Assembly: GCA_029556545.1 (NCBI GenBank)
Contig: JAKQEQ010000193.1
Coordinates: forward strand, 15,262-79,261
Direction: 5' to 3'
DNA length: 64,000 bases
From: Candidatus Hydrogenedentota bacterium
GTDB taxonomy: Bacteria > Hydrogenedentota > Hydrogenedentia > Hydrogenedentales > JAGMZX01
In this document: one piece after another, positions 18,554-27,356 of the stretch
Layout of the letters: each line of letters starts with the position of its first letter
How positions within the stretch are numbered: position 1 is the first letter of the stretch
Position numbers and translations under genes: made by a program
The notes under the pieces: generated by a model
Told to the model about the DNA's origin: nothing
Seen by the model: only the letters and a program-made list of their open reading frames with translations
The model's database searches: none

Positions 18554-20080
18554 CGCATCCGACCGGTCGCCGCGCGAGTCCTCATCGAGAAACGACGTGT
18601 CCGCCGGCGGTTCGCCACCGCGACGACCGAATCGCGCGAACACGAGCCCGAATGCGCCGACGATGAAGAGCGCCATGCCGAGCAGTTTCGCTGGGCTGCC
18701 CAACGTGCGTTCCGCGCGCAACACGACGGCATCGGCGGCGGCGAGGTCCGGCCGAATCGCAAATATCCAGTCGCCCTGGCGACGCCGCTCGCCGGGGCCG
18801 ATCGTGAACGTCTTCTCGTCTCCGCCGTCAATCGGGACCGCGCGCAAGGTGCACCGCACCTCGGGCGGCGTCGGCTCGCGGCGGTACGCCAGCATGACAT
18901 CGCCGTGCCGCATGTTTTCGCCTTGTCGAAGCGCGAGCGTCTCGCCCGCACTTTCGAGCAGGGCCTCGAAGACCGGTTGCTCCGTCTCCGGGACAGGCAG
19001 CGCCGCGCCCATGAGTTGGTCCAACCGGATTTCGTAAGGGAATTCGTCCGGACGCCACGCCTCCCGATCCTTGATCTCGCCGGTGAAGCGTTTCGCGGCG
19101 GCAGGCTGCGCCTTCGGCAATTCGTAAGCGGCGACAAGCGCGTGACCCTCGCGCCACGCATCCGCCGCGACCACGTGTTGCCACGCGGCGGGCCACTCGA
19201 AACGGAGGCGGCTTTCCGGGTCACGCGCGTTGGCGTCGAGCGTTTCCCTCTGTTGCTTGCCGTCCGCGGCGAATTCCACCGTAATACGCGGCGGTTCCGA
19301 CTTAAATTCAACGAGCGTCGCCTCCGTCCCGTCGCGCAGGACGTGGCCGGTCCCCGGAACAAACGAAGTCGACCAGTGCACGATGGTTGTGGCCGGTCGC
19401 CCGACCGCGCCGTTATCCACCACGCCCCAACGTCCCTCGAACAGGGATTCCGGCGATGCGGCGTGCGCCGCCCGCGCGGCCTCCTCGTCCGTGTGCCAGC
19501 GCAACCGAAGACCGATGCCCGGCGCCACGCGCAGCCAGTTCTCGGCATCCACGAAGAGATGCTCCGTCCAAGGCTCGCCTCGTCGCCGCAACGAGAACGC
19601 CGCCATCGGCTGTCCCTTCGGGTGTCGGACCAATCCACTCCAGCGCCGCAGCGTGACGCGGTACGCCTGGTCGTCAAAGGTGATCGTGGCGCCGTCATGG
19701 AGCGGGATTTCGCGCCGGTCCTCCGCCGCCCGCACGCGCAACACGTCGCGCGGCGGATACTCCCGCAGCACGTCCGCCTCTTCGAGGCGCAGACGGAACG
19801 GAAGGGTCATCGCGTCGTAGGCAAGGTCCGGGTCGAGCAGTCGTCGCGCGATGGCCGGGTTGTCGAACGCGATCACGTCGAGGGGCGCGCGCCGCTGCAT
19901 GCCGACAAAGACCTGCCCGGCCCGACTAGGGCGCACCACGCTCTTCTCGGTGCGGCCCAAGGCCAGCGGCAGTTCGCCGGAGAAGGCGGCCAACCGCTGG
20001 TAGACCAGGCCGCCCAAAGCGAAGACCGCGCCAAGATAAAAGAGCGCGAAAAACAGTCGCGGCGACGATGAGCGTTGCAT
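18548..20080 (-). CDS. membrane-anchored periplasmic protein, ResB/Ccs1-like architecture
   Basis: Start MQRSSSPRLFFALFYLG. TM, then a large beta-rich loop with LPFRLRL, then a C-terminal TM. Confidence 0.55.
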   Translation of the reverse strand: MQRSSSPRLFFALFYLGAVFALGGLVYQRLAAFSGELPLALGRTEKSVVRPSRAGQVFVGMQRRAPLDVIAFDNPAIARRLLDPDLAYDAMTLPFRLRLEEADVLREYPPRDVLRVRAAEDRREIPLHDGATITFDDQAYRVTLRRWSGLVRHPKGQPMAAFSLRRRGEPWTEHLFVDAENWLRVAPGIGLRLRWHTDEEAARAAHAASPESLFEGRWGVVDNGAVGRPATTIVHWSTSFVPGTGHVLRDGTEATLVEFKSEPPRITVEFAADGKQQRETLDANARDPESRLRFEWPAAWQHVVAADAWREGHALVAAYELPKAQPAAAKRFTGEIKDREAWRPDEFPYEIRLDQLMGAALPVPETEQPVFEALLESAGETLALRQGENMRHGDVMLAYRREPTPPEVRCTLRAVPIDGGDEKTFTIGPGERRRQGDWIFAIRPDLAAADAVVLRAERTLGSPAKLLGMALFIVGAFGLVFARFGRRGGEPPADTSFLDEDSRGDRSDAS

Positions 20081-20326
20081 GGCTTCGAGTATGGCACGGC
20101 CCGCGCCGGGGATGCCAGAGTATCGTCGGCTTTGACGGGTATACGCCGGAAGCGGACCGGTTCTCAGCGTTCGGTATCCAAGGCTCCTCCCAAGACGGCC
20201 ACGCCTTTTCTTGCGCATCATGATCATAAGTCGTTTGTGTCCCTTCGGCTCCTTGCGTCCCTGAGCGGTCTTCTCGCGCGCAATTGGTGGACACGCCCGC
20301 GGACCTTGTGTGAGAATGATTCCCTT

Positions 20327-20965
20327 ATGTCTGAACGACAGCAACGTATCCGCCGTTCGCGGCGAACCGGCCTCAGCGGGGTGCTGCAACTCGCGAACGA
20401 ACTCGATTCCGAGCCGGAACACGCGCGCCACGTGCGCACGCTGGCGCGGCTGCTCTTCGACCAGACGAAATCGCTGCACGGCCTTGGCCGCCGCGAACGC
20501 CGCGTCCTCGAAGCAGGGGCACTCCTGCATGACACCGGGTTGCGCCGCGGCGTGAACCGCCACCACAAGCATTCCCGCGACATCATCCTCGACTTGGAAC
20601 TCCCCGGCTTCTCCGAAGAGGAGAAGGCCGTGATCGCCTGTCTTGCGCGATACCACCGCAAGGCCCCGCCCCGCCCGGATCATCGCGTCTTCCGCGACCT
20701 CGCGCCCGAGACGCAGCGAACCGTCCGCGTGCTCGCGGCGATCCTGCGAATCGCCGACGGGCTGGACCGGGCGCATCTGGCGGCGTCACGCGGGCTGCGC
20801 GTGGCCTTGAACGGAACCGACTGCCGCATCGCGGTGGACCAGTCTGCCGAAAGTCAGACCGACCTGTGGGGCGCGATGCGTAAGCGGGACCTCTTCGAGG
20901 AAGTCTTCGGTGTTCGGGTCGAAATAGCGCCCGCCGACATGGCCGCCGCGAGGCCCGAAGGATAA
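20327..20965 (+). CDS. stand-alone HD-domain protein (Ppx/GppA C-terminal domain)
   Basis: HARHVRTLA...ALLHDTG...HHKHS...ARYHRK...ILRIADGLDR matches the Ppx/GppA HD domain. No ASKHA domain. Confidence 0.88.
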   Translation: MSERQQRIRRSRRTGLSGVLQLANELDSEPEHARHVRTLARLLFDQTKSLHGLGRRERRVLEAGALLHDTGLRRGVNRHHKHSRDIILDLELPGFSEEEKAVIACLARYHRKAPPRPDHRVFRDLAPETQRTVRVLAAILRIADGLDRAHLAASRGLRVALNGTDCRIAVDQSAESQTDLWGAMRKRDLFEEVFGVRVEIAPADMAAARPEG

Positions 20966-20975
20966 GGAACGCGCT

Positions 20976-21842
20976 GTGGGCAAGGTATCCGAGGTGTGTC
21001 AGGAGCGTATCGTCGAGGCGATAACGACGCGGGTGCGCGTACTGCGAGAACACGTCGATGCCGTGCGCCGCGAAGACCCCGACGGCATTCACGACATGCG
21101 CGTGGCGTCGCGACGGCTCCGAGCCGCGCTGTCCGAATACGCGGCGTTCTTACCGAAAGCGCCGCGCGGGGAGTTATTGCATGAAGCCCGCCGCATCACG
21201 CGTCTGCTGGGCCGCCCCCGGGAACTCGACGTGACCCTTGGATTGCTGGCGCGGTATCACGACGAGAGCGACGCCGCCGCGCGCGCCGCCGCAACCACCC
21301 TCATGGACCGCTTACGCGGGGAACGCGCGCAGCTCGCCGCGGATTGCCTCGAAGCGGCGGATATGGCGGCATCCGAAACGATCGACGGCATGCTGCGGCG
21401 ATTGATCGAGGGGACGCGGCCGAAAGGGCGATCCGTCGTGGACGAGGTCGCGCGCCGCCTGCGCCGGCGTTTCAACGCCCTGACCGACGAGTACGGCGCA
21501 TGGATCGATACGGGTGAACGGGAACAGTTGCATCGCGTGCGCGTCGCGTTCAAGAAATTCCGTTACGCATGTGAACTGTTCACGCCCTACTTCGGCGATC
21601 GTATGGACGTGGTCATTCAAGAACTCAAGCAGATTCAGGAGCATCTCGGCGCGTGGAACGACGGGCGCGTGCTCTTGCGCGAAGCGGGCAACCTGCCCGA
21701 CGCGCCTGGAATGGATGCGCTGCGCGCTGCGTTCGAGGAAGAAACAAGGAAACACCTCCACGCGTTTCAGACGATCGCGGGGGACTTCTTCTCGAAGAAA
21801 CGCCGCACGCGCCTCCGGCGCTTCTTCCGCGCCGCACAGTGA
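20976..21842 (+). CDS. CHAD-domain protein (polyphosphate-binding)
   Basis: Motifs IHDMRVASRRLRAAL, LHRVRVAFKKFRYACE, QEHLGAWND. Confidence 0.92.
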   Translation: MGKVSEVCQERIVEAITTRVRVLREHVDAVRREDPDGIHDMRVASRRLRAALSEYAAFLPKAPRGELLHEARRITRLLGRPRELDVTLGLLARYHDESDAAARAAATTLMDRLRGERAQLAADCLEAADMAASETIDGMLRRLIEGTRPKGRSVVDEVARRLRRRFNALTDEYGAWIDTGEREQLHRVRVAFKKFRYACELFTPYFGDRMDVVIQELKQIQEHLGAWNDGRVLLREAGNLPDAPGMDALRAAFEEETRKHLHAFQTIAGDFFSKKRRTRLRRFFRAAQ

Positions 21843-21871
21843 TGATCTCGGCCGATCTATCGCCCGACCGG

Positions 21872-22312
21872 CTAGCCCTCAAGACGCCGCCGCGCTTCCC
21901 GCGCGCCGAGGCCGCGAATTGCGTAGAGCGCCTTCTTGGTATTCGAACGCAACCGTAACCGGCCCCCCTTCCGTTCCCATTGGTAGATGGATTGCGCGCT
22001 CACGCCGACGAGTTTCGCGAAGTCGGCCTGCGTCAGCCGCAGCCGATCACGCAGCGTGCGAATGGTCGTACTGCTGATTCGCAGCCGATCCGCCTTGTCC
22101 TCCGACGCGACGGCCTCTTGCTCCTTCAGCCCCGCCGTCGCGCGCGCAAGCCGCCGATTCTCCGTCTCGAGCTTCGCTACGCGGCGTTTCAAGGACGCGA
22201 GCGTGCGCCTCATCTCCGCTTGAAACTTGTGCGCTTTTCCCGTGCCGTCCTTCACCTCTTTTCGCGCAAGACGACGCACTTCCTCTTTGAACGCGGAAAC
22301 GAAATTGGGCAT
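21872..22312 (-). CDS. coiled-coil plus XRE-type HTH protein
   Basis: MPNFVSAFKEEVRRLARKE coiled coil, then HTH LRLTQADFAKLVGVSAQSIYQWE. RBS AAGGAG. Confidence 0.88.
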   Translation of the reverse strand: MPNFVSAFKEEVRRLARKEVKDGTGKAHKFQAEMRRTLASLKRRVAKLETENRRLARATAGLKEQEAVASEDKADRLRISSTTIRTLRDRLRLTQADFAKLVGVSAQSIYQWERKGGRLRLRSNTKKALYAIRGLGAREARRRLEG

Positions 22313-22339
22313 CGTAACTCTCCTTCGCGGTTAGCAACC

Positions 22340-22406
22340 CGATCTTGTCACGAGAAAACCGAATGAATCGCCTGTTAGTATGTCATTTCCGCCGCGATCT
22401 TGTCAA
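22340..22406 (-). promoter_or_regulatory. promoter and 11-bp direct repeat upstream of the HTH gene
   Basis: Minus strand TTGACA-N18-CATACT. CGATCTTGTCA occurs at 22340-22350 and 22395-22405. Confidence 0.5.
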
Positions 22407-22435
22407 CCGTAATGATTATAGCATCGCTTAGATTA

Positions 22436-22819
22436 GGGTGCTGTTCCGCAATTACCGCTGGATTGCCGGATTCTTGGCGGAGTCGCGGTTGAATCGTGGC
22501 CTATGTTGCGGATAGCGCGGACGACGTGCCTCATGTCGCGGATACCGCGGACGACTTGTTAGCGCGCTTTAGCGCGCTCCTCTTTGCACCCTGCTTTAGC
22601 AGGGGTGTAGGGGAATTGCCTTTCCCGCCGATAGGGCGCTTCAGCGTCGCTTTCCGGATGGCTTCAGCGCTGAAGCACTTGAAAAGCCGCGCTGAAGCGG
22701 GCTTTGGCGCAGGAGAGCCCTCGTCTCACCCCGCATGAATGCGGGTGCAAAGAGGAGCCCGCCGAGGCGCGCTAATCAGCCCCTGAGACGCCGCAGTCGG
22801 TAATCGCGGAACCGCACCC
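22436..22819. mobile_element. 384-bp non-autonomous MITE
   Basis: 22-bp TIRs GGGTGCTGTTCCGCAATTACCG / CGGTAATCGCGGAACCGCACCC (2 mismatches), flanked by the 8-bp direct repeat TTAGATTA (22428-22435 and 22820-22827). Confidence 0.8.
22559..22775. repeat. REPIN-like palindromic element nested in the MITE
   Basis: 49-bp imperfect inverted arms at 22559-22607 and 22727-22775, each internally palindromic. Central GCTTCAGCG/CGCTGAAGC palindromes. Confidence 0.75.
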
Positions 22820-22988
22820 TTAGATTATCGGCGACGGCGGCAAGGCAATCTCGAATCTGTGTCTTATTCTTAACGCGGCGGCGCATCCAGCGAAGCATGA
22901 CGAGAGAGCATTCGTGGTCGGCTAAGCCGCCGCACATTACGTCTCCAGGCGCATAGCGCATACTTCTTCCTCGTTTGTACGAATTGGC

Positions 22989-23070
22989 CTGGATTCCCGC
23001 TTTCGCGGGAATGACGCCGGGGGCGAATTTGGCCCTCTTTTCCGTCATTCCCGCGAAAGCGGGAATCCAG
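22989..23070. repeat. REP doublet of the GTCATTCCCGCGAAAGCGGGAATCC (dRS3-like) type
   Basis: Perfect 28-bp inverted repeat at 22989-23016 and 23043-23070. Confidence 0.9.
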
Positions 23071-23153
23071 AAAGGTACAGATAGTGCCCTTAACCGAACA
23101 CGAATGGACGAGAGAGTGAAAAGTGACCCTCACGCGCACGCGGAGTGACACGA

Positions 23154-23966
23154 TCAGGGCGGCGTGGCCAAGCGCAGCATGCCCATGCGCGTCAATGCGA
23201 AATCATAACGAACCGGGTCTTCCGGACAGACGCGGCGAAAGCCCGCGGTCGCCTCGATAGCAGCCCGCGCGTCCGCGGTCTTTCGCGTCGTAAGGCCCAA
23301 CTTGAGACAAATTCGATGCATGTGCGTGTCGAGCGGTATGACGAGCTTCGCGGGGTCGAGACCCGTCCAGGTTCCCGGGTCCACCGCGTCGCGGCGCACC
23401 ATCCAGCGAAGATAAAGCCAGAGCCGCTTGCACGCGCTGCCGCGCGCCGGTTCCGGTAGAAGATAGTTCATCACCGGCGGCGATTCCGCGCGCAGTTCAT
23501 CCACGAAGCGCGTGAGCGCGGCAAGATAATCGGCGTCCCCTTCCCGTATGCACGCACGAAAGCAGGCGTGAAGCGATCCCCGCGTGAGCAGTACCCGCCG
23601 TGCACCCGTCAACAGGTCCGCGAGTTCGCGCTCCCGCGCGAAACGGTGCTGGAAACCGCGGCACAACCTCCTGATCGCCGTTGGTTCCGCGGCGCGCAAG
23701 TCCGCGGCCGGCCGTGGCAGGCGCGCGATCGCGGCGTCCACACTGCGCAAGATCGTCTTCACATTCCCGAACGCCAGCGACGCCGCGATCAGCCCGACCA
23801 GTTCCTGGTCCGCCGGGTCCGAGAAACGCAACACCGCCGCCAGGGGATCGGTGTGCACGTACTCGGCGCGCGTGTACTCCCGATAGATCCGTTCGAGGGC
23901 CGCCCGCCGGACAGGCGCCGCGTTCCTCGCGAGGGTCTCGGGACGGTGGAAGCGTTCGCGCATCAC
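23154..23966 (-). CDS. TIGR02757 family protein (HhH-GPD-like)
   Basis: Motifs SACKRLWLYLRWMVRRDAVDPG, LVIPLDTH, PEDPVRYDFAL. Confidence 0.92.
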   Translation of the reverse strand: MMRERFHRPETLARNAAPVRRAALERIYREYTRAEYVHTDPLAAVLRFSDPADQELVGLIAASLAFGNVKTILRSVDAAIARLPRPAADLRAAEPTAIRRLCRGFQHRFARERELADLLTGARRVLLTRGSLHACFRACIREGDADYLAALTRFVDELRAESPPVMNYLLPEPARGSACKRLWLYLRWMVRRDAVDPGTWTGLDPAKLVIPLDTHMHRICLKLGLTTRKTADARAAIEATAGFRRVCPEDPVRYDFALTRMGMLRLATPP

Positions 23967-24078
23967 TTGCCTTGCTGCCGTTATGGTCGGTCGCGCACCG
24001 TGTGAATCGCATCTACCGTTGCATCAGGATGCGCGCGGTGGTCCGCGTCCGATAGCGTCACGGCGGCGAGGTCCTACG

Positions 24079-24894
24079 TCACCCGCCTCCGAGTCGGAGG
24101 CGCTCTTGCGCGTCCGGCTCGGAATCATGCGGCAACACCACCGCGAACCAAATGATGAAGACGGTCAGCGCCCAGATCGCCACGTGTTCCAGCAGGGGAA
24201 AAGACTCCAGCCCGCGAACAGCCACAGTCAAATAGGCGGCTATCTCGCGTCCGGAAGCGCTCGCGGCGGCCCGGATTGCCGCATAGACGGAACCCCATTC
24301 GATCTTCCAGCCGACCGCCGCAAACACGGGCACACACACCAGGAAGGGCCCGATGAGTCTCGAATAAGGGAGACTCCCCTCTTCGGCGAGGGCCTCCCGT
24401 TTGATCTTGTTCCTGATCAGGAATACGCCGTACCAGATAACGCCCAGGGAAAACCCCGCGGCAATCACGCCGGCCGAGTGCCTGTGGACGTCCTGCCATT
24501 GCAGGTTGCCGAGGACACTGCCGTGGGCGTCGGGGAACAGGCCCGTCAACGCGATCGCGGCGCAACCCACGAGAAAGAAGACCGCCCCGATTCCCGCGCC
24601 CCGGCCGGAAATGGCCGCAAGCCTCCGCCAAATGTAGAAGATGACCGGCGTCATTACCACGCCGCAATACACCATCGCGACGGAGAAGAGCCAGTACCAG
24701 TCGGGATTGTGTCTGTTGTCAAAACTACCCAGGGCGCTTAGCGTGTGCGTCTTGATCGAATAGGCGTGTTCCGCCGGATAGCCCAGCCAGGCACAGAAGA
24801 CCAATCCCCAATACCCCACCGCCAGAACCGCCAGGTGCCGGCGAATCTCCGCCCGAGTGTGCCGGCCCGACATGTACCGTTTCAGCGTTTCCAT
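24079..24894 (-). CDS. integral membrane protein (DUF998-like)
   Basis: Six to seven TM helices, with YSIKTHTLSALGS and GLFPD motifs. Confidence 0.65.
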   Translation of the reverse strand: METLKRYMSGRHTRAEIRRHLAVLAVGYWGLVFCAWLGYPAEHAYSIKTHTLSALGSFDNRHNPDWYWLFSVAMVYCGVVMTPVIFYIWRRLAAISGRGAGIGAVFFLVGCAAIALTGLFPDAHGSVLGNLQWQDVHRHSAGVIAAGFSLGVIWYGVFLIRNKIKREALAEEGSLPYSRLIGPFLVCVPVFAAVGWKIEWGSVYAAIRAAASASGREIAAYLTVAVRGLESFPLLEHVAIWALTVFIIWFAVVLPHDSEPDAQERLRLGGG

Positions 24895-25290
24895 TGACTT
24901 GCCTCGTACACTGCCTCAAGCAACTCGGTCGCGCATTCCCGCAAACGCATTCGCCGTCCGCGACGCGCGCAACGGCGCATAGTCTACCGCCATGCAGGTT
25001 CCGAACGCGACAAAGCCGGCGCCGCCGACGGCGGTCACGCACCCGCCACCCCGGCGCGGCGCATGGATACTATCATATCGCTCAACACAGCCAAAGCGCC
25101 AAGCCCTCCATGCGCCCGCTTGAAGCCGGAACGTGATTCCGCGGTCCCCTTGTCGCGTCGCTTTTGTGACGGCACGTGGACCTGCTACGATGAAACCGTC
25201 CGAAACAGTAGCGGCGTTGCGGCCGGACGTCGTCCCGCGCGGCGCCACGGGTGTCGCGAACCGGAATCTTCCGCGCGTAAGGAGTCGATC

Positions 25291-26625
25291 ATGAAGACCA
25301 GCCGGCGTTCCTTCCTCAAGGAGTTGTCCATCCTCTCAACCGCTCCGTTCATTCTCCCGTCCCGCGTCTGGAGCGCTGAGACCAAGCCGAACGACCGTGT
25401 TGTCATGGGATTTATCGGTATGGGCAAGCAAAGCAGGGGACTCCTCGAGGCCTTCCTGCACCGCCGAAACTGCCAGGTCGTAGCCGTCTGCGACGTTGAC
25501 ACGACCCGCCGGACAGCCGCGCGGGACCGAGTCGATAAGTTCTATACGGACAGGCGGAAGACCGGCGCCCCGGAATGCAAAGCATACAACGATTTCCGCG
25601 AACTCATCGCGCGAGACGATATTAACGCCGTGTGCATCGCCACCCCGGACCATTGGCACGCCATACCCACCATCGCGGCCCTGCGCACGGGCAAGGACGT
25701 CTATTGCGAGAAGCCCTTGACCCACAACATCCACGAATCCATCGCCGTCATGGATGCGGTCAAAGTGAACAACCGCGTCCTGCAGAACGGCTCCATGCAA
25801 CGCTCCATGGAGGAATTCCGAGTCGCCTGCGAACTGGTCCGGAACGGCGCTATCGGGAAGATAGACCGCGTGGAATGCAGTTTCGGGCCCCCGGGAATCC
25901 CCTGCGACTTGCCGGAAGAGCCGTTAGAGCCCGGACTCGACTGGGATATGTGGGTCGGGCCCGCGCCGATGCGCCCCTACAACTCGGTATTGAGCCCCCG
26001 CGGCATGCACGACCACTTCCCGGACTGGCGCGCGTACAAGGAATTCGGCGGCGGCGCTGTGTGCGACTGGGGCGCCCATCACCTCGATATCGCGCAATGG
26101 GGCCTGGGAACCGACGACAGCGGCCCGGTCGAGATTCATCCGCCGAGCGACCCGCGGGCGAAGGAGGGCGCCGTGCTGCACTATGACAACGGCGTGCGCG
26201 TGATCCACCGGCAGGGGTTTGGCGTCCACTTCTTCGGCAACGACGGCGAAATCAAGGTAAACCGCGGCCAGTTCGAGTTCTGGCGCGACGGCAAGAAGAT
26301 CGCCGGCTTCGCCAACCGAGAGGACGGCGGCTCCCTCGAATCCACCATTCTCCGCGTCAAGAAGGACTTCCTGGAAAATGCCGAGATTCGACTCTACGAG
26401 AGCCGCGATCACATTTGGAACTTCATGGACTGCGTACGATCGCGCGCCAAGCCGATCACCGACGAAGAAATCGGCGGCCGCAGCGCCATATGTTGTCACC
26501 TGCTGAATCAGGCGTACTACAACCACGAAGTCATCAAGTGGAATCCGAAGCAAATGTGTTTCGCGCACGACAGCGGAAAACCCGAATGGCTCACCCGCGA
26601 CTACCGCGCCCCCTGGAACGTCTAG
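25291..26625 (+). CDS. Tat-exported Gfo/Idh/MocA oxidoreductase
   Basis: Twin-arginine signal MKTSRRSFLK. Motifs IATPDHWH, GKDVYCEKP, DWGAHHLD. RBS AAGGAG. Confidence 0.93.
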   Translation: MKTSRRSFLKELSILSTAPFILPSRVWSAETKPNDRVVMGFIGMGKQSRGLLEAFLHRRNCQVVAVCDVDTTRRTAARDRVDKFYTDRRKTGAPECKAYNDFRELIARDDINAVCIATPDHWHAIPTIAALRTGKDVYCEKPLTHNIHESIAVMDAVKVNNRVLQNGSMQRSMEEFRVACELVRNGAIGKIDRVECSFGPPGIPCDLPEEPLEPGLDWDMWVGPAPMRPYNSVLSPRGMHDHFPDWRAYKEFGGGAVCDWGAHHLDIAQWGLGTDDSGPVEIHPPSDPRAKEGAVLHYDNGVRVIHRQGFGVHFFGNDGEIKVNRGQFEFWRDGKKIAGFANREDGGSLESTILRVKKDFLENAEIRLYESRDHIWNFMDCVRSRAKPITDEEIGGRSAICCHLLNQAYYNHEVIKWNPKQMCFAHDSGKPEWLTRDYRAPWNV

Positions 26626-26651
26626 TTGCTCCCGCGCCCGGTCCCGTCCCC

Positions 26652-26688
26652 TCTCCCCGAGCGAGAGGGGACGGGTAAGGGTTGGGGG
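26652..26688. repeat. CCCTCTC..GAGAGGG-type REP-like hairpin
   Basis: GTCCCCTCTCCCCGAGCGAGAGGGGAC followed by GGGTAAGGG. Same family as 15272-15303 and 17731-17758. Confidence 0.65.
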
Positions 26689-26820
26689 CGGGCCGAAACC
26701 TTCGCCACGCGGCGCAGGCGCCTCCACCGCGTGTCGCCCCGCTGGCGCGGTCAAGAGACCGGCCACAATGGAGAACGCCGGAACCAACGGGCGTCGATAT
26801 ATTCGTGTCGCGACCGCGAC

Positions 26821-26863
26821 TTGACTCGACGGAGGGTTAGCCGGTACAGTCTTATTGGTAAGA
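26821..26863 (+). promoter_or_regulatory. promoter and operator of the AbrB antitoxin
   Basis: TTGACT-N18-TACAGT, then the palindrome TCTTA-TTGG-TAAGA, then RBS AAGGAG. Confidence 0.6.
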
Positions 26864-26880
26864 TTCGAAGGAGCTATGCC

Positions 26881-27147
26881 ATGAGTCAGACCGTCGCAAC
26901 GACAAAGATGAGTTCCAGGGGACAGGTGGTCATCCCGGAGACTATTCGCGACCGCCTGCGGCTTGGTCCCGGCGTGCAATTCGCGGTGTTCGCACAGGAG
27001 GACGTAGTCATGCTGAAGGTAATCAATCCGCCATCGGCGGACGAATTCGCGCGCCTGAAACGTGAGCTTCAACGGCAGGCGCGCCAAGGCGGCCGCAAAC
27101 GGTCAGACATCCCCAAGACCATTTCCAAAGTGCGTGGCCGCCGGTGA
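26881..27147 (+). CDS. AbrB/MazE/SpoVT-family antitoxin
   Basis: Motif TTKMSSRGQVVIPETIRDRLRLGPGVQF. Confidence 0.92.
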   Translation: MSQTVATTKMSSRGQVVIPETIRDRLRLGPGVQFAVFAQEDVVMLKVINPPSADEFARLKRELQRQARQGGRKRSDIPKTISKVRGRR

Positions 27148-27221
27148 GACTCGTAGTCGATACGAACGTGCTGATCTCGGGTGCATTCTACCCGGGACCA
27201 TTGTTGTGGCCGGTCTCCTGA
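27144..27221 (+). pseudogene. PIN-domain toxin stub truncated by a REP
   Basis: GTGA overlap with the antitoxin stop. VRLVVDTNVLISGAFYPGP is a PIN N-terminus. The frame then reads into the REP and stops after 25 codons. Confidence 0.85.
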
Positions 27222-27304
27222 CCGCGCCACCGCCGCGACCGAAGGTCTCCAAGACCCTTACGACAGAACCCCATGAAGTCCCGCAATAACCCTGTGGTCT
27301 CTGT

Positions 27305-27332
27305 AATCCGTAATCCGCAATCCGCATTCCAT
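27305..27332. repeat. heptamer tandem repeat (AATCCGC)n
   Basis: AATCCGT AATCCGC AATCCGC ATTCCAT. Confidence 0.7.
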
Positions 27333-27356
27333 ACGCTGCAAGATAACGCCAAGCGC

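Larger units (their letters stand above)
26743..27229. repeat. pair of inverted 26-bp REP copies bracketing an antitoxin gene
   Basis: TGGCGCGGTCAAGAGACCGGCCACAA (26743-26768) and TTGTGGCCGGTCTCCTGACCGCGCCA (27204-27229), 1 mismatch. Confidence 0.85.

Noticed and set aside
18548..20776. 742-aa ORF as listed in the track
   Set aside because: The N-terminal part is antisense to the HD gene. The plausible start is 20080.
22496..22555. 30-bp repeat as a CRISPR array
   Set aside because: Only two adjacent imperfect copies, no spacer and no cas genes. It lies inside the MITE.
22776..23151. Short ORFs in the repeat-rich spacer (VIPAKAGIQ, LDSRFRGND)
   Set aside because: These peptides are translations of the REP doublet, not genes.
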